Assembly: GCA_028534125.1 (NCBI GenBank)
Contig: CM052816.1
Span: 77,316,001 to 77,380,000, forward strand
DNA length: 64,000 bases
Source: Lama glama
Taxonomy: Eukaryota
Reading direction: 5' to 3'
The number at the start of each line of letters is the position of its first letter. Positions within the stretch are counted from its first letter, which is position 1. The notes beneath the pieces were generated by a model, which made no database searches, was not told the origin of the DNA, and worked only from the letters and a program-made list of their open reading frames with translations. Below are positions 1 through 13,235 of this stretch, one piece after another. The translations under genes and the position numbers were made by a program.

Positions 1-249
1 CAGATTCTATAGACCTATCTGTGCTTTATACATAAATGATTATGTGTCTTTGTTCCCCAAGAACCAATTTTTATCTCCTGGAAAGTGATCACCTCTCTCT
101 AGACTCCAGGTCAAGAGATGTTTGCCCATTCTCCCCAACTCACCTCCCTCTGCCCTCCCTCCTGCCTCCCCCACCTTCCCAAGCTCAGTATCCAGTTGTC
201 ATTTATCAGAATCCTATCTAGATTCCCTCCAGTGCAGGGGTGCCCAAGC

Positions 250-430
250 ATTTGGGGCTGGATAATGCTTTTTTGGAAGGAGGAGGCTGTTCTGTGCTTT
301 ATATAACATTGAGCATTTTCCCTGGCCTCTGCCTTTAGATGCTAGCAGCAGCTCTCCCTGCCCCCAGCCCCGGTTGTGACAACCAAAAATATTTCCAGAC
401 ATTGGCAGTGCCCCCTAATTGAGAACTATT
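250..430 (-). mobile_element. MER20 (hAT-Charlie) DNA transposon fragment
   Basis: gttgtgacaaccaaaaatatttccagacattggcag...ttgagaacta matches the reverse complement of the MER20 5' end. Confidence 0.75.
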
Positions 431-1405
431 TATTTAGTGCTTTCGCTGCTGGTTCTTCAGCTCCTACAAAGCAATATTTGCAATTAGAGTGACAAATTTT
501 TCAGCCCGGGAGAGACGGCATCCCTGGGCCAGAGAGAACCTGGAAGGGAAAGCCCTTGCCCCTTGCTCTGTAATCTCCTTGCCCTACAAGCTACTTCTGT
601 GTCTTTCCTTTACGCAGCTCTGGACTCTCCAGCTCAGACCTCCAGGTCTTGAGTTGATAATCTCATTACGACTAATCCTGTTTACGGCCATTCTCTTGGC
701 AGAACAATCTTGTCAGGTCCGAGGCTCTTCCCTTGCCCCCAGCTGTTCTCGCGGCTCCATTGTTCCTGGGGACTGTGGCCTGGCTGTGTATAAGCTCTCA
801 TTGATAGGGCCTATCCTGTTTACGGGGAGTCTGCAGAAGGACCCCATCAAATACTTCCATCCCTTCCTTCAATAAATAGCTCTCTTTGATCCCTGCAAGG
901 CCAAATCGTGTTTATCAAAAACTGGGCTTCCTCTAGCTGATGATGGGGACATCCTGGCTCCCCAAAATAATATTTTCAGGTTTCTCTTTTTGTGTGTGTG
1001 TGTGACTTTTTTTTTTTTTTTTTTGGCCAGGTATCTCTTTATGGCAAGGAAAGAAAGGGGCTGATTTTAGTTGTTGAAGCCCTGGGTAACATAAAGCTGA
1101 ATGGTTGCCTGCAGGTCACTGCCAAACAGGAGAGGAGGATGGGGCTAATGATCATATAAATATTTGGAACCAGGACAAGAGACAAGATTAGTGCTGGCCA
1201 GGTGAGATCCCTTTTCATGTTGTCAGTTTAAAGCTCCAAGTTATCTAACAAGGTGAGAAAGAGGTCATGGGTGTTAGTCATCTGAATAACAGGGTGGTAG
1301 GAGCTAGTTCAATTATGCGGATGAATGGTAAGTGGGATTTTACACTTTGTTAGCTTGGAAGAGGAGAGAGGTTCTTAGCCAGGTGAAGACAGGTTCTGTG
1401 TGCTG

Positions 1406-1782
1406 CAGAGGTTCTCAAAGTGTGGGCCCTAAATCCAGCAGGATCGCCTGAGAACTTGTTAGAAATGTAGATTCTCTGGCTCCACCCCAGATGCTGAATT
1501 GGCAGCTCTGGAGGTGGGACCAGCATCCGTGTGCCAACATGCCCTTCAGGTGATGTCAACGCACGCTAGTGTTTGAGGACCGCCTGTCTACCTCTGTCAT
1601 CCTCAAACTGCAGTGGACTTAGGAATCATGTAGGGAGCTGATGAGAGTGCAGATTCCCAGACCCTGTCCCTAAAGATACAGATCCACTTGGTCCAGGGTA
1701 GGCCCGGGGCAGTCCGCCTTGTTAATGAGTATCCCAGGGTGATTTGGATGCAGGGTCCAAGGCCCAAGCTTAGAGAAGCCCT
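1406..1782. mobile_element. Adjacent MER5A-like and MER5B-like hAT elements
   Basis: cagaggttctcaaagtgtgg...gaacttgttagaaatgtagattctc...tttgaggaccgc, followed by a second, more diverged MER5-type unit ending ttagagaagccctg. Confidence 0.7.
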
Positions 1783-3024
1783 GACGTATACACAGCGGGG
1801 CAGTAGAAATTTTCCACAGAGCTCCAGTCCTGTTCTGAAGAGACTCCGCTCGCGGCTGAAAATGAGCAGGTATCACAATTCAGCTTCCCTTCCCAGTCAT
1901 TCCATGAAGCCGGCTACTAGGGTTACCTGTGGTGGCAGGTGGCTATTTTCAGGATTGCTCTCATACTAGAAGGTTCAACGGGCCCCATCGGTTCCTCTCA
2001 CGCTAATGTCTGAAGCACTTTGCTGACTCCTAACCTGGGTTGGGCTCACGCCACTAGCCTAGAAGGAAAACTTTGTATCCCATTACTAGTTACTAGTTCC
2101 TTGAACCACAATCCAAGACAGCCTCGTTTTCCCAGGAGTTTTGTTTTGCACAGCAGACGCATTCCAGTCATTGTTGGGGTACATTTTTCTTCCCCTCTTT
2201 CCCTCCAGCCCCCAGCTATGCCGTAGGCACATATATAGCCTCCTGGGGTGATCACCCTCAAATCCTAACCTTCTCTCCAGGGCTGTGTCTCCCACCAGAT
2301 ACCCGGCCATTCACCGTGCAAAGCTGAGCTCACCAAGATCTCTGTCTGCTCCGAGTTCCAGCCCAGAGAGGGAGCCATGGCTGCTGTGTCTCAGATTTAG
2401 GCTTCTAGGTACAGTATTGCTGTGGTTTGGCTCCTGCCTTCCTGGCTTTATTTCTTGTGTCCCCTTTGACTTCTTACCACTCAACTTTTCTTCTGGTTCT
2501 GAGGGTCACTCAGGGCTCTGTCCTTGGCACTCCACCAATGAAAGACAGTACTTCTCATGTGGTTTACCGCAATGTGTTCTCAACAGACTCTTCCTCCAGT
2601 CAGTCTTTGGCAGCCTACAGAGAGGGTCCTCCTTTGCCCCCAGTCACTATTTGGAGCCCCACAGTAGCAATGGATGGGGTACCCTAGAGCCACTGTGTCC
2701 AGTTGTGCAGTGCGTGCACTGCACAAAAACACCTGAGGAAGAGGGTAAGTGTGGACTGAAATCCAGCTTGTGCTCTCCTCACCAAGATGAGTGCCTGACA
2801 CTGTGCTGTGGACACCTGGAGGAAGGTACACTGTTGTTGGTTTTTTTTTTACATTATTTATATATGTATATAATATATATAATATAATTATATATAATAA
2901 TTACATAATTAATTACTTAATTAGATTATCAGCTGAGACTAGATTGTGTTTTATTGTCATCTTAGTGTTTACATGAAAATGAAGACATTTAGAGTGCTTG
3001 AAAATATTTTATGAGAAATTGTTA

Positions 3025-3420
3025 ATTCATAGATTTTACTTCTTAGAGCACTTCCAAGGTTACAGAAAAACTGAACAGAAAGTTCCTAGATATCCCTACC
3101 TACTCCCTCCCACCCCACCCCACCTCCAATTTCCTCTGTTACCAACATCTTGCATTAGTTGTGGTACGTTTGTTACAACTGATGAACCAATATTGATCCA
3201 TTATTAGGAACTAAAGCCCCTAGTTTACATAAGGGTTCGCTCTGTGTTGTACATCCTACAGGTTTTGGCAAATATATAATGCATGTATTCACCATTTTTG
3301 TATCAGAAAAGTTTCACTGCTGTAAAACCCCCCTGTGTTTCACTCCTCTACACTGCCCTCCCTGGTTTGCCCTCCTCAGGTCCTGGAAACCACTGATCTT
3401 TTTACTCTTCCATAGTTTTG
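3025..3420 (-). mobile_element. L1MC-like 3' end
   Basis: ttagagcacttccaaggttacagaaaaactgaacagaaag...gtggtacgtttgttacaactgatgaaccaatattgat...aaccactgatctttttact. Confidence 0.7.
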
Positions 3421-3699
3421 TGGAAGGTATGCTTTTCTTTGTATAAAGGAATATCCACCAGTTTAAACTACAGGGATGCTTTGTCCAGAGATGCACCATT
3501 TCTTACGTTTAACCAATGCCTTGAGTCTAAGTTGAAATGTAATTCAAAACTAATTTAGTTCCTTTGTCTGATTCACTCCAGTGTACCCCATCCCCCTTAT
3601 TTCTCCTCATCCAGTACAACCTTTCCTTGGTAAACACGACTTTATGGTTCCCTTTCTCCATTCATCCGTCCCTTCCCTTCTCTGCTGTATCTTCGATGT

Positions 3700-3908
3700 C
3701 GGTGTTGTCCAAGAGGCCTTTCTGCAATGATGAAAATTTTCCACATCTGCACCACCCAGTACAGCAGCCACCACTTTCACGTGGCTACTGAGCACTGGAA
3801 ATGTGGCTAGTGCAACAGAGGAACTGAATTTTAAAATCCCATTTCATTTTCATAATTTCATCTTAAATAGCCCCATGTGGCCAAAAGCTACTGTATTGGA
3901 CAGCTCAG
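3700..3908. mobile_element. MER3 (hAT-Charlie)
   Basis: ctttctgcaatgatgaaaat...gtggctactgagcactggaaatgtggctagtgcaacagaggaactgaatttt...gtattggacagc. Confidence 0.8.
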
Positions 3909-5534
3909 ATTTAAGTTTTTGCCTTAAACGGGGGCCAGATCGCCCACTCCCATAGCATTCATAAACTTTCCCCTACTTTCATACTTGAAATCCACCTCCT
4001 TCTCCTTGAATCTTCCCTAACTAATTAGAAAAGAAACTGAATTCTGCCTGATCCCGTGGCTGAACTACACAGCTCCCACATCTGTCACATTTATCACCAT
4101 CGAATATATTCTTTTTTTCCACAGAACGTTAAGATGTCTTATAAAATTTATTTATTTTATGAGGCTCTTTCATGTTCCTTGCCTGTGTGTTTTTATGTTT
4201 CCCTCTGTTAAATATTTTCTGTTCAAAACTATACTCCTAGAAAACAGAGCAGCGTTACATAACCAACGCTTAAGTTGGCAGTTAACGACAAGCCATTGTG
4301 AGTGGGTTAATGCATGTGTTTTAGATGATCGTGACACAACGTTTAAGGTATGAAAGAGGGGAAAGAGAAGAAACAATAACATCAAAGGAAATCAAGAGTT
4401 TCAAGCCAGGAGTCAGCATGGAATGAGTAAGGAGCTAGGGGTTGTGGCTCCCAGGAGGCTGGACTTCTAAGCACATCCGTGCCGCCAGCTGGCCCACGTC
4501 ATTGGTCATATCAGGCACTCAGCTTTTTCCTTCACAGAATGAAGGGTTTTGACCAGAGGCCCCAGTTCAAGGTGTCTCCCAGATTAAAAATGCTCCTTGG
4601 GTCAAAAGTAGCACAGGAATGACTAGGAAGTTTTAAATAAACTGGTTCACCCAGAATATTTCACACAGCCTCACACCCCACCACCCGTTTCCTCAACGGG
4701 CAATGTTTGTGATGAACACATTCACTTTGCTGAGGACAAGACTGAAACAATATTTGAAGAACCAACAAAACCCAGTTCCGAGTGAGTCACCGGTCCTGAC
4801 TATAGCGGCTAAACTGACCACAGAAGTTTGTGAATAGTCTATATGATGTCCTTAAAACATCTGCACAAACCTTTTATTTGCAGGGCTTTGAACAGAAATA
4901 AACACAGCCTTTAATTCCAAATTCTACATTCCGCAAAACAGATGAGAAGTTCAAGTATAGCCCGGGCTCCCTTGGCTGAGTGTCTCCCGCCTGCGTGCCC
5001 AGGCCAGTGGTCGGGTAAGTGCCCGGTCCTGGTTACATAAGCTGTAGGAAATCTCTGCATATAAAAGTAGGGGTGAGTTGTGCTAAAGTCAGAGTCCTGT
5101 TCTGGAACTCGTAATGTGCACGTAATTACCACTTAGGCTTCCAAGCTAGATGGTTTGCTAATAGCAGCTAAAATGAGACATGCCCCAGAGTGAAATAATT
5201 GATTCATAACTTGGGAGGGTCTGAGTAGATTATCCTCAGCCAAGTGCTTAAATATTTTTTCTTTCCCCTCTAAACCTTGCTTCAGTGGTGAGGAGTAAGA
5301 ATAGTGTTGCGATGACTAAAGGAAACAGGGGCATAGAGCTGTAAGGCCTTCCTTCAGAGTCCTTGGCACCATTGCAATTATACATTTGTTTATATCATCA
5401 CTGGCCTTCTGTCTCTCTCATCTAGACTGTAAGTGCCAAGGGGGCAAGGATGGTGGCAGCTTTTGCTCAGAGCCTGGCATGTATGAGAGAGTCAACAAAA
5501 ATCTTTGGAATGAAACATATAAATCATTTGGCAT

Positions 5535-5735
5535 CACTGGAGTCAAATTCCTGGGTTCAGAGCCTGTGTTCTTGGACAAGTAGCTTTTCTGCCTGTGCCT
5601 CCATTTCCTCTTCTGTAAAGGATAAGAATGGTAACTACTTGATTGAATAATTGTGAGAATTAAGTGAGATAGGATATGCAAAGATCTTAGAACAGTGCCT
5701 GGTACTTGAGGCCTCAATACATGTTGATTTTTAAT
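5535..5735 (+). mobile_element. MIR SINE
   Basis: MIR core tctgcctgtgcctccatttcctcttctgtaaag...ttgtgagaattaagtgagat...cttagaacagtgcctggtac. Confidence 0.7.
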
Positions 5736-6614
5736 GATGATGATTATAGGGGGTGTGTAATAGGCACTTCATTAGTGACATTTCTTCTTCTAATTTACTA
5801 TTGTCATTGAAAGAGGATTTGCCCTTTGAAGTATCAGTTATATAGGGGTCCTCAGTTCCATATGCTGTAACAGGACAGCTACTTTCCCTTTGTACGCTAT
5901 GCCAGGGACAGGGTGGAGACAGCATGTCAAAGGAAACACCGAAATGATGTTCACAATTGTACATGGGTCTTTAGGGTTCAAGGAAAAGTTACAAAACGTT
6001 TTCCCACCTCCCTGTGTTACATCACCCCTCTCACCCCCTGGTACCCTCCTCTCGTCTCTATTTGACCACTCGTCCCAGAAAATCCCCAGCTTGCAAATGA
6101 ATCTCCCCTATAAAATCTGTCTCTACCCATAATGGTTAAAGGATGTTTTTCAGCAATGTATTCTCTTGTGGAAATAATCTATTGCCAGAAAGTAAATGAT
6201 AGAAGCCTATATTTCTATATTCAGGACAGGAAGGGAAAATAAGAAAAAAAAAAAAAAGACTTGAGGCTAATTCTAGATCCTGACTTTACTGAATTACTTC
6301 TGGTAAGTTACTTGATTAATTGTGTCTCAGAATAAGATCAGTTAGATGGGAATAATCAATATGAGATCTACCTCTCAGGCTTATGAAAATTAATTGAGAT
6401 AAATATGCAAAGGACCTAGTTCCAATTAGGAGAAGAGAGTTTCTAAATTGTGAAAAGAACAAATTTTGTCACCCTTGCCCTTCCAACTCTAGTCATTCTG
6501 AGTTTTCAAACTGAGCTGGGAGATTTAGCTAAGGGCTTTTTCCTTCCCCTAGGGACTCCCTTTTTAGATGGTGTGGCTATTTCCTATCTGAGGATAAAGG
6601 AGGGGTGGGGAAGG

Positions 6615-6616
<2 letters not shown>

Positions 6617-6656
<40 letters not shown>

Positions 6657-6658
6657 AC
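6617..6658. repeat. (CA)n microsatellite
   Basis: Direct observation. Confidence 0.95.
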
Positions 6659-6901
6659 TTTCTTTTCTTCTTTGCCTTTTGGCCTCTAATTTGTAAATAA
6701 AATTTGAATAATGCTATAATTCCATTCTAGTATTTTCTATATAGTATTCTTTAATGGAATAAGGTTATCAAATCTTATCCTTACCCTCTCCCCTAGTTTT
6801 CTGGATTTAATGACACTAGATTTGAATTTGATGACATTTCAGGAACAAGTTTTTGCCCATATAATTTGGGATTTAATTTCATTTGAGAACTGACTGTTGT
6901 T

Positions 6902-6956
6902 AAAATCAAATTATTTTTAATGAGCAAAATCAAATTATTTTTAATGAGCAAAATCA
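6902..6956. repeat. Perfect 24-bp tandem duplication (2.3 copies)
   Basis: AAAATCAAATTATTTTTAATGAGC twice, then AAAATCA. Confidence 0.95.
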
Positions 6957-9900
6957 CTTTGATCCACTCTTCTTCTTTTTTTTTTTTTGCAATTAAAGAG
7001 CATTCACGTTAGTATTCACAGGTCTTTGAAGTGTAACACCACACATTACTATTTCTTGTTTAAACATGATCGAGCAAGATCAATAGTTAACGTGTGAAAA
7101 AGAAAAGCAGGGAGGGGTCAGCATGACACCTAAAGAAGGCAGGATCCCAAAGAACATAATTGTGGGAAACGAGAACAGTATCACACATCTCCTCGATGTA
7201 AATATACAATAAATACTATGAAATATATGCATAATCACATCCATTTAATTCTGATGGGCAGAATATACAAAAACATTGCTAACCTATAGATAAATAGTTT
7301 ATAGATGGCTGGGTAGATTATCTGGAAAATGAAGTGAGAGGCTCAGAGCTCATGGTAAACCTTGCTAGAGCAAACCTAGTTCTGAAGAAAAATGTTCAGG
7401 CAAACTCCCACGCTTAGGTCTTAATACACCTTTTATCCTATTAGGAGCCATTCTTTTTCTGAGCATTGAAAGGACAAGATCTGGGAGGTGCTTAATTAAT
7501 CCACAGGGATCTAAAGCCTTTTTTAAAAGACACTCAAAGACCTCAGCAAATATTGCCTCTGGATTTTGTAAATACTTTATTCCTTACTTCTTTGAGCAAA
7601 ATCGTTTGTCCTCCTAACAACCCTAACTAGTACAACTTTTAACCTAAAGAAAAAAGAATTGGAAAGAAAAGATGGGTTTTGGGATTTAGTTGGAATTGAA
7701 AATTCTTTTCCTTTCTATCTAGTAATGACTTTTGTGTGGATTTATAACAATAAGTTTGGTTAAAAATATCTAAAGCCATGAGAAATGATTGGACAGCCCG
7801 GAATCATGCCGTATACAACATTCTTTGTGTTAAAATCATGTCTCTCAAACTCTTCCTCTTCCCTCTGTCTCCCTTTCCCTCTTGCCTGGAGCAACCTCCT
7901 GATCAGAGGGAAACTGCTTGGCTGAGCGGCCCTGAGAATTTGGTTCCCAGAGGACAGACGTTGGTCTCCCAGTTCTGGAACTTTCTACCTGTATGACCTT
8001 GGGCCAATGGCTTAACCTTCCGAACCCCAGTCTACTCATCTGCAGTTGTGCACCACTGCCCAAGGCTGTTGTCAGAATTAAATCGGATGGTGGGGATTTT
8101 GCTTGCAGGAGAATGGTTTCCTTCACTGCCCCCAGTTGCAGTTAACTTTCCCTTTGACAGGATGTTGCTATTGGTCTAAAACAAAGTGGGCTTTGGAACA
8201 TGAATAAATAGATGGGTCAGAATACAGATTCCAAAACCACGTCACCACGGAGAAGGAATGAAGGCAGGGCCTTTGAATCCCTACACCTTGTGTACATAGT
8301 AAGCACTAGACACGTGTTTTTGAACGGTCTTTTGGACGATGTGATAGAGATCAGGTGCCCTGACTGGAATGAAGCTGGTAAAGCGAGAAGATGGCAGAGA
8401 ATGACTGGTTAAGAGCAAAGGATGGAGATCAAGCACGCTGGGTTCAAATTCCAGCTTTGGAGTGACTTTGGGCACAGGTGCTAATTGCTCTGAATCTGCA
8501 TTCAAACCTGATCATTCTTCTCCCTGTCTACACCCCTGCCTCCCCACCCCAAACCCACACACAAAACAGTAGCAACTGCGGTTACCACTCTGAATGGCTC
8601 CTCCGCATGGCTTCACCTTGTCTTTAGGATAAAGTCCCAAATATGGCACACAAGCTGCGGTCCCCCTCACCCTTCTATCCCCAGTTCTCTTAGCTCCAGC
8701 AATAGTGCCCTTTTTTCAGTCCCTCAGAAGTACTAGCTGGCACTTTCTTGCCCCTGTGCTATCTGGCAACATCTTGTCTCATCTGCCTGGGATGATATTC
8801 ACCCCCAGCACGAGTACCCCCTCCCCCATTAACTGAATAACCCTGGTGTCTGGGCTTAAACATCATTTTCCCAGTGAGATTTTACATTCTGACCCCCTCT
8901 AGGTTAGCGCTCCTGTTATATGCTTCTTAGTTTCCCTCTTTCTTTACTCTCACTGCACTATGACATCTCTTCCTCCCAGCAGACTCCATGAGACACCTGC
9001 ATGCGTGGAGAGACTCTGCAGTCCTGGTGACCAGCCCAGTGTCTGCTCAGGACATACACTGGATGCGTGAAGGACTTAGTATCAAGAGACAGAGATCTCC
9101 TCACAGACATGTGAGGGCTGAAGGAGAAGATGTATGTATAGGGTTTCGCACAACTCTCGGCACCTGGTAAATACCCCGGCCAATGGTGGCTATTATCATT
9201 AATAGAAATGTTTAAGTGATGGATTTGCTTCATTTCTAAATACTTTGGTGGGCACTTCTCCAAATAGGAAAGTTAAAGGAAGATAAGCAAGCTGCCCTTT
9301 GGTACCCATTCTTCTGTTGGAGAGTTTTAGAGCAGAACGAGATGAAACAATGTGCCAAACCAAAATTGGAGCCAGGACAGAAAATGTCTTTGATGTGATG
9401 GATATGGTGTAATTGTATGTTTGCATGGGCCTTGGGTCTGGCTATGCTCCAGGTGCAAACATCCATAACCCAGTCCATCAACCAGATGTTACCAGTTTGG
9501 AGAGTTTTTTTTAAAACAGAAATATGATCTATGCCTATAGAAACCTACATGTTAGCACTTGGAAAGTGACTGCAGTGAGTATCACATAAAAACACAATTT
9601 GCCAAAGGTAATTATGAAATCCACATGGAAGTCTTATACCTGGGTCTTATACTTGAGTAATAAAGGGTGAATACTGTACCTCCAGCTGGAATTTAAAGAT
9701 AGGATTTTCATAATGGAGGCCAGATTATATAAAATTTGATATGATAAAGCTGAATCTTCTTTTATTGAGAAATATAAACAAGTGTGAGACTTCTTTTATT
9801 TTCAACTGACCAGGATTCTTAAGTTACAGACTTTGCTGAAATCCAACATGAGCAGGATAGACACTAATAAATCTTAGTATTGAAAGAAACTTCATGAGTC

Positions 9901-10159
9901 AGAGAAAGGAAGTGATAATGTTGACATGTCATGTATCAAGACTGATGCTTTAAAATGGGAACTTTAATTCCATCTTCTGTGATTGGTCTAAAATTTTATG
10001 TGAAGGTGAGGGGGGGAAATGAAGGGACATTTGGAAAGGGGAAGAAACATCTGACTAGCTTCAACCTCTCCTAAACTATTATCCGTTCACTACTGGTAGC
10101 CTGCTGAGACTGGCTTTTCTCTGAGCATCCCCAGTGGAGCTTCTGTTAATAGACTTGAT

Positions 10160-10590
10160 ATATCAGTTAGGAATGTGTATGGCTGCAAGTAACAGAAAAC
10201 CAAAACAATACTAGCGTCAACAAATAGGGGACTCTTTTTCACATGTTATAGAAATCCAGAGTTAGGTGATTACTGGCATTGTTTGTAGCTCATGATGCCA
10301 TGATGGACCCAGGTCATTCTATCTTTCTGCTCTGCCTCCTTAAAGCCTCATGTTCCAAGGTGTTCCAAGATGTTTGCTGTAGTTCAAACATCACATGTGC
10401 CCTGAAAGCAGGAAAAGAGTGTTACCTCTGTTTCCTTTTAACAGGAAATCAAAGGCTTTCTCAGAATTCCCAGGCAAACTTCTACTTGTGTTTAATTGGC
10501 TGGGAAAGAGAATATTTAGCTGGACAAGTGTTTAGTGAGGACAAAGAGGGAAGTGGGTATTGGATAAGCAACTAACAGTGATGCTGCACT
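10160..10590 (-). mobile_element. MLT1-family (ERVL-MaLR) solo LTR
   Basis: tatcagttaggaatgtgtatggctgcaagtaacagaaaacc...tcccaggcaaacttctacttgtgtttaattggc...ggtattggataagcaactaacagtg. Confidence 0.65.
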
Positions 10591-12859
10591 TGGCTCGGTC
10601 TTCATCATTGCTCCTAGTTGCTGATAGGAGGTGGGGAAGGGGGTTGACTGACCTATGTGTTCAGTCATGCTTTCTTGGTAGGCAGTAGTGAAGAAGTGAA
10701 AATATGACAGGCCATTTCAGGGGACTTCCAAATCTGAGCTCAGCCAGCAAGGGAGCTCACTAATAATATTTTGCTCTTAATTTTCACCTTGAAAATCATG
10801 ACATCATTTAGATTAAGGTAGATAGCCATTCTGAACTGAGCTAGATGCTTTCCTACCGAGAAGACAAGCCACTAAGTAAGCATTCACAGTGGTTCCTAGC
10901 TGAGTGTGTATGACTCTGTGTCCCTGTTCTCTAGAAATAGCTAAGCCTTCCTGATATCCAGGCTGGCATCTCTTGCCAAGCAGAAAGCAATCTGAAATTC
11001 CCATTCCATTCCATTTGCAGAAGACACCACAGCATTTCTTCTTCCGACCCTAATGGGAAGCACATGGAGGTCACTGAACATTGGGATCCCTTCTTTGCTC
11101 AAATTATGTTTTTCAAGCAAGAGCTATGATAAAGTAACCTCTAAACGTGACCCTGGCAGAAGTCAGTAGCCTTGCTTATTCTGGCCACGTTCCTGGTGCA
11201 ATCCAAGGTTCTGGGAAGATTTACTTTAATTACAACCTCCTTCGCCCTCTCTCTCTCCCTCTTATACTCTTGATCTCTTACATAACATGTGTTAGAGTTA
11301 CCAAAACTGAAAATTTTATTCTTGAACTAATTAGATGAATATAATTTGCACTTGGCTTCTTTTCTATTAGAAGATCTGGTCCAACGTGCATGTTGTACTG
11401 TTTTTCTAAGGCACATATCACTTAAATTCTCTTTCCTTAGTTTTTCTGTCTCAGTAAAAAATTCATTTTTGTTTTCGGTGGCTAGGATAATAAAGAGACA
11501 TACGTCTTCTAAATTTTCTTTAGCCATACAATAGCCTAGGAAGAGTATGTTTAAAGACTTTTTTTCTTAGTATGCTAATAAATGCTCATGAGAATTGGTT
11601 CATTTTTGAAAAGTTTTGCATAAAGCTTATATATAAAAATTAAAAATCACATTAACTCAAAACATAAAACACTACATTCTTCATGAATTATGAAAATATT
11701 ATCATATATTAAAACACCAGATTGAAAAAATGTTTTCATCTGTACTGTATCACTTGACACAATTTGTGTTGTCATAATTTTTGCCTTCAGTTCAACAGCA
11801 GCTTCACATAACAAACATTAGTTGAGCACCTTATTATGCACTCTGCTCTAAGAGAAGAATTAGACAGTATAATACCTGTTGTCAAAAGACTCTTATTCCA
11901 TTAAGAGGAAACAGACACATAAATAATTACAATGCGATGTGATAAAACATGATGATAAAAAGATAGACAGGGAAAGGATTGATCCCAGTTGGAGGATGGT
12001 GAAGAGAGGACATTGGAAAGAGTTCAGAGGAAGGTGATGCCTGATGAAAAGGCACTTTTCATCAGTCAAGACATTCTTGATTGGAGGAGGGCATTCTGGG
12101 CAGAGGGAAACAAGAGCACAGGTAAGGAGTGATGAGATCCTGAAGTAGGTGCTGGAGGAGACGACAGGGGATGAATTTGCAATACTTACGAGGTAAAACT
12201 GAATACCTCAGCAATTTGATTTAGTGTCTTCCCAGAAGGCTACCAAAGGTGTGACTAACTGATGGTTCATTAAGATGATTTTACTGACAAAGGAAAATCT
12301 TTTCTGGAACACCCTCATACCTGGAAGAACCAGCTTATTAGATTCACTTCTTAAGTGCTCTCCAGTAACAGTATTAAATTTCAACAGCCTGAAACTCCTT
12401 AGAATAACATGAACGATATTTGCATAGAATTCCCCAGGTTTTTTTCTGATGACTTAGTAGAATACCAGAATTTTTTTTAAACGTGAATAGCTTGAAGCTG
12501 CACAAAATTTATTGTGCAATATTCTGCCAGGAATATCCCACATGCTTGCTTTGTAGTAGAGAAAGGAGAAAATGTTACTCTGTCTACAACACAAATGACA
12601 TCTTTGTCCAACCCTCCTCACATTGCTGAGGTGTGATGAGATGGTGTTTGAAAAGGGTTCCATGGAAACAAAGCATGGAGACATGGGGTAAATCATCTTA
12701 ATTTTTTTCCATTGCAGGACTTCTGAGGCTTTTAATACGCTGGTTTACATTGTGTAGCTCCCGAGGTTGCTAGAGGATGCAGCAGTCCACAAACTGATCT
12801 GACCAAAGATTCCCTCTTTTTTTTTTCGAGAACACATGGTCTACTTCATCAGTTGTCTT

Positions 12860-13235
12860 ATGTGGTAGGTTATATTTCTGTTCAAAATGTTTGCTTCTCC
12901 TCCCTTTAGTATCCTTTTTCTCTAGGATTATCCTTCCCAACTCCACTGAACACAGGAGTGGTTATGTGACCTGCTTTGGTTAGTTTAATATGGTTGCAAA
13001 TAACATGGGTCACTTCTGAGTGGACACTTTGAGACCAGCCTGCAGTCCTCCTATTCTTTTCACCTTCTGCTACCAGACCAGTTATGTCCCAGAGAAAGAT
13101 TGTTCCAGTAGCCCTGAGTTCTGGCATGTCCTGTGATGGATATGTAAATGCATAAGGAATAAACCTTTGAAGTCTTAAGCCATTAATATTTCAGGTCATT
13201 TGTTACTACAGCTAACTTACCCTGAGCTGATTACA
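12860..13235 (+). mobile_element. MLT1-family solo LTR
   Basis: Starts tgtggtagg and ends aataaacctttg...ttaagccattaatatttcaggtcatttgttactacagc...ctgattaca. Confidence 0.7.

Noticed and set aside
2700..2726. Hairpin TTGTGCAGTGCGTGCACTGCACAA as a possible miRNA or regulatory stem
   Set aside because: Too short for a pre-miRNA and resembles the internal palindrome of MER91-type hAT elements.
2285..2887. 200-aa ORF
   Set aside because: No recognisable homology; runs through a probable MER91-like fragment and ends in an AT microsatellite.
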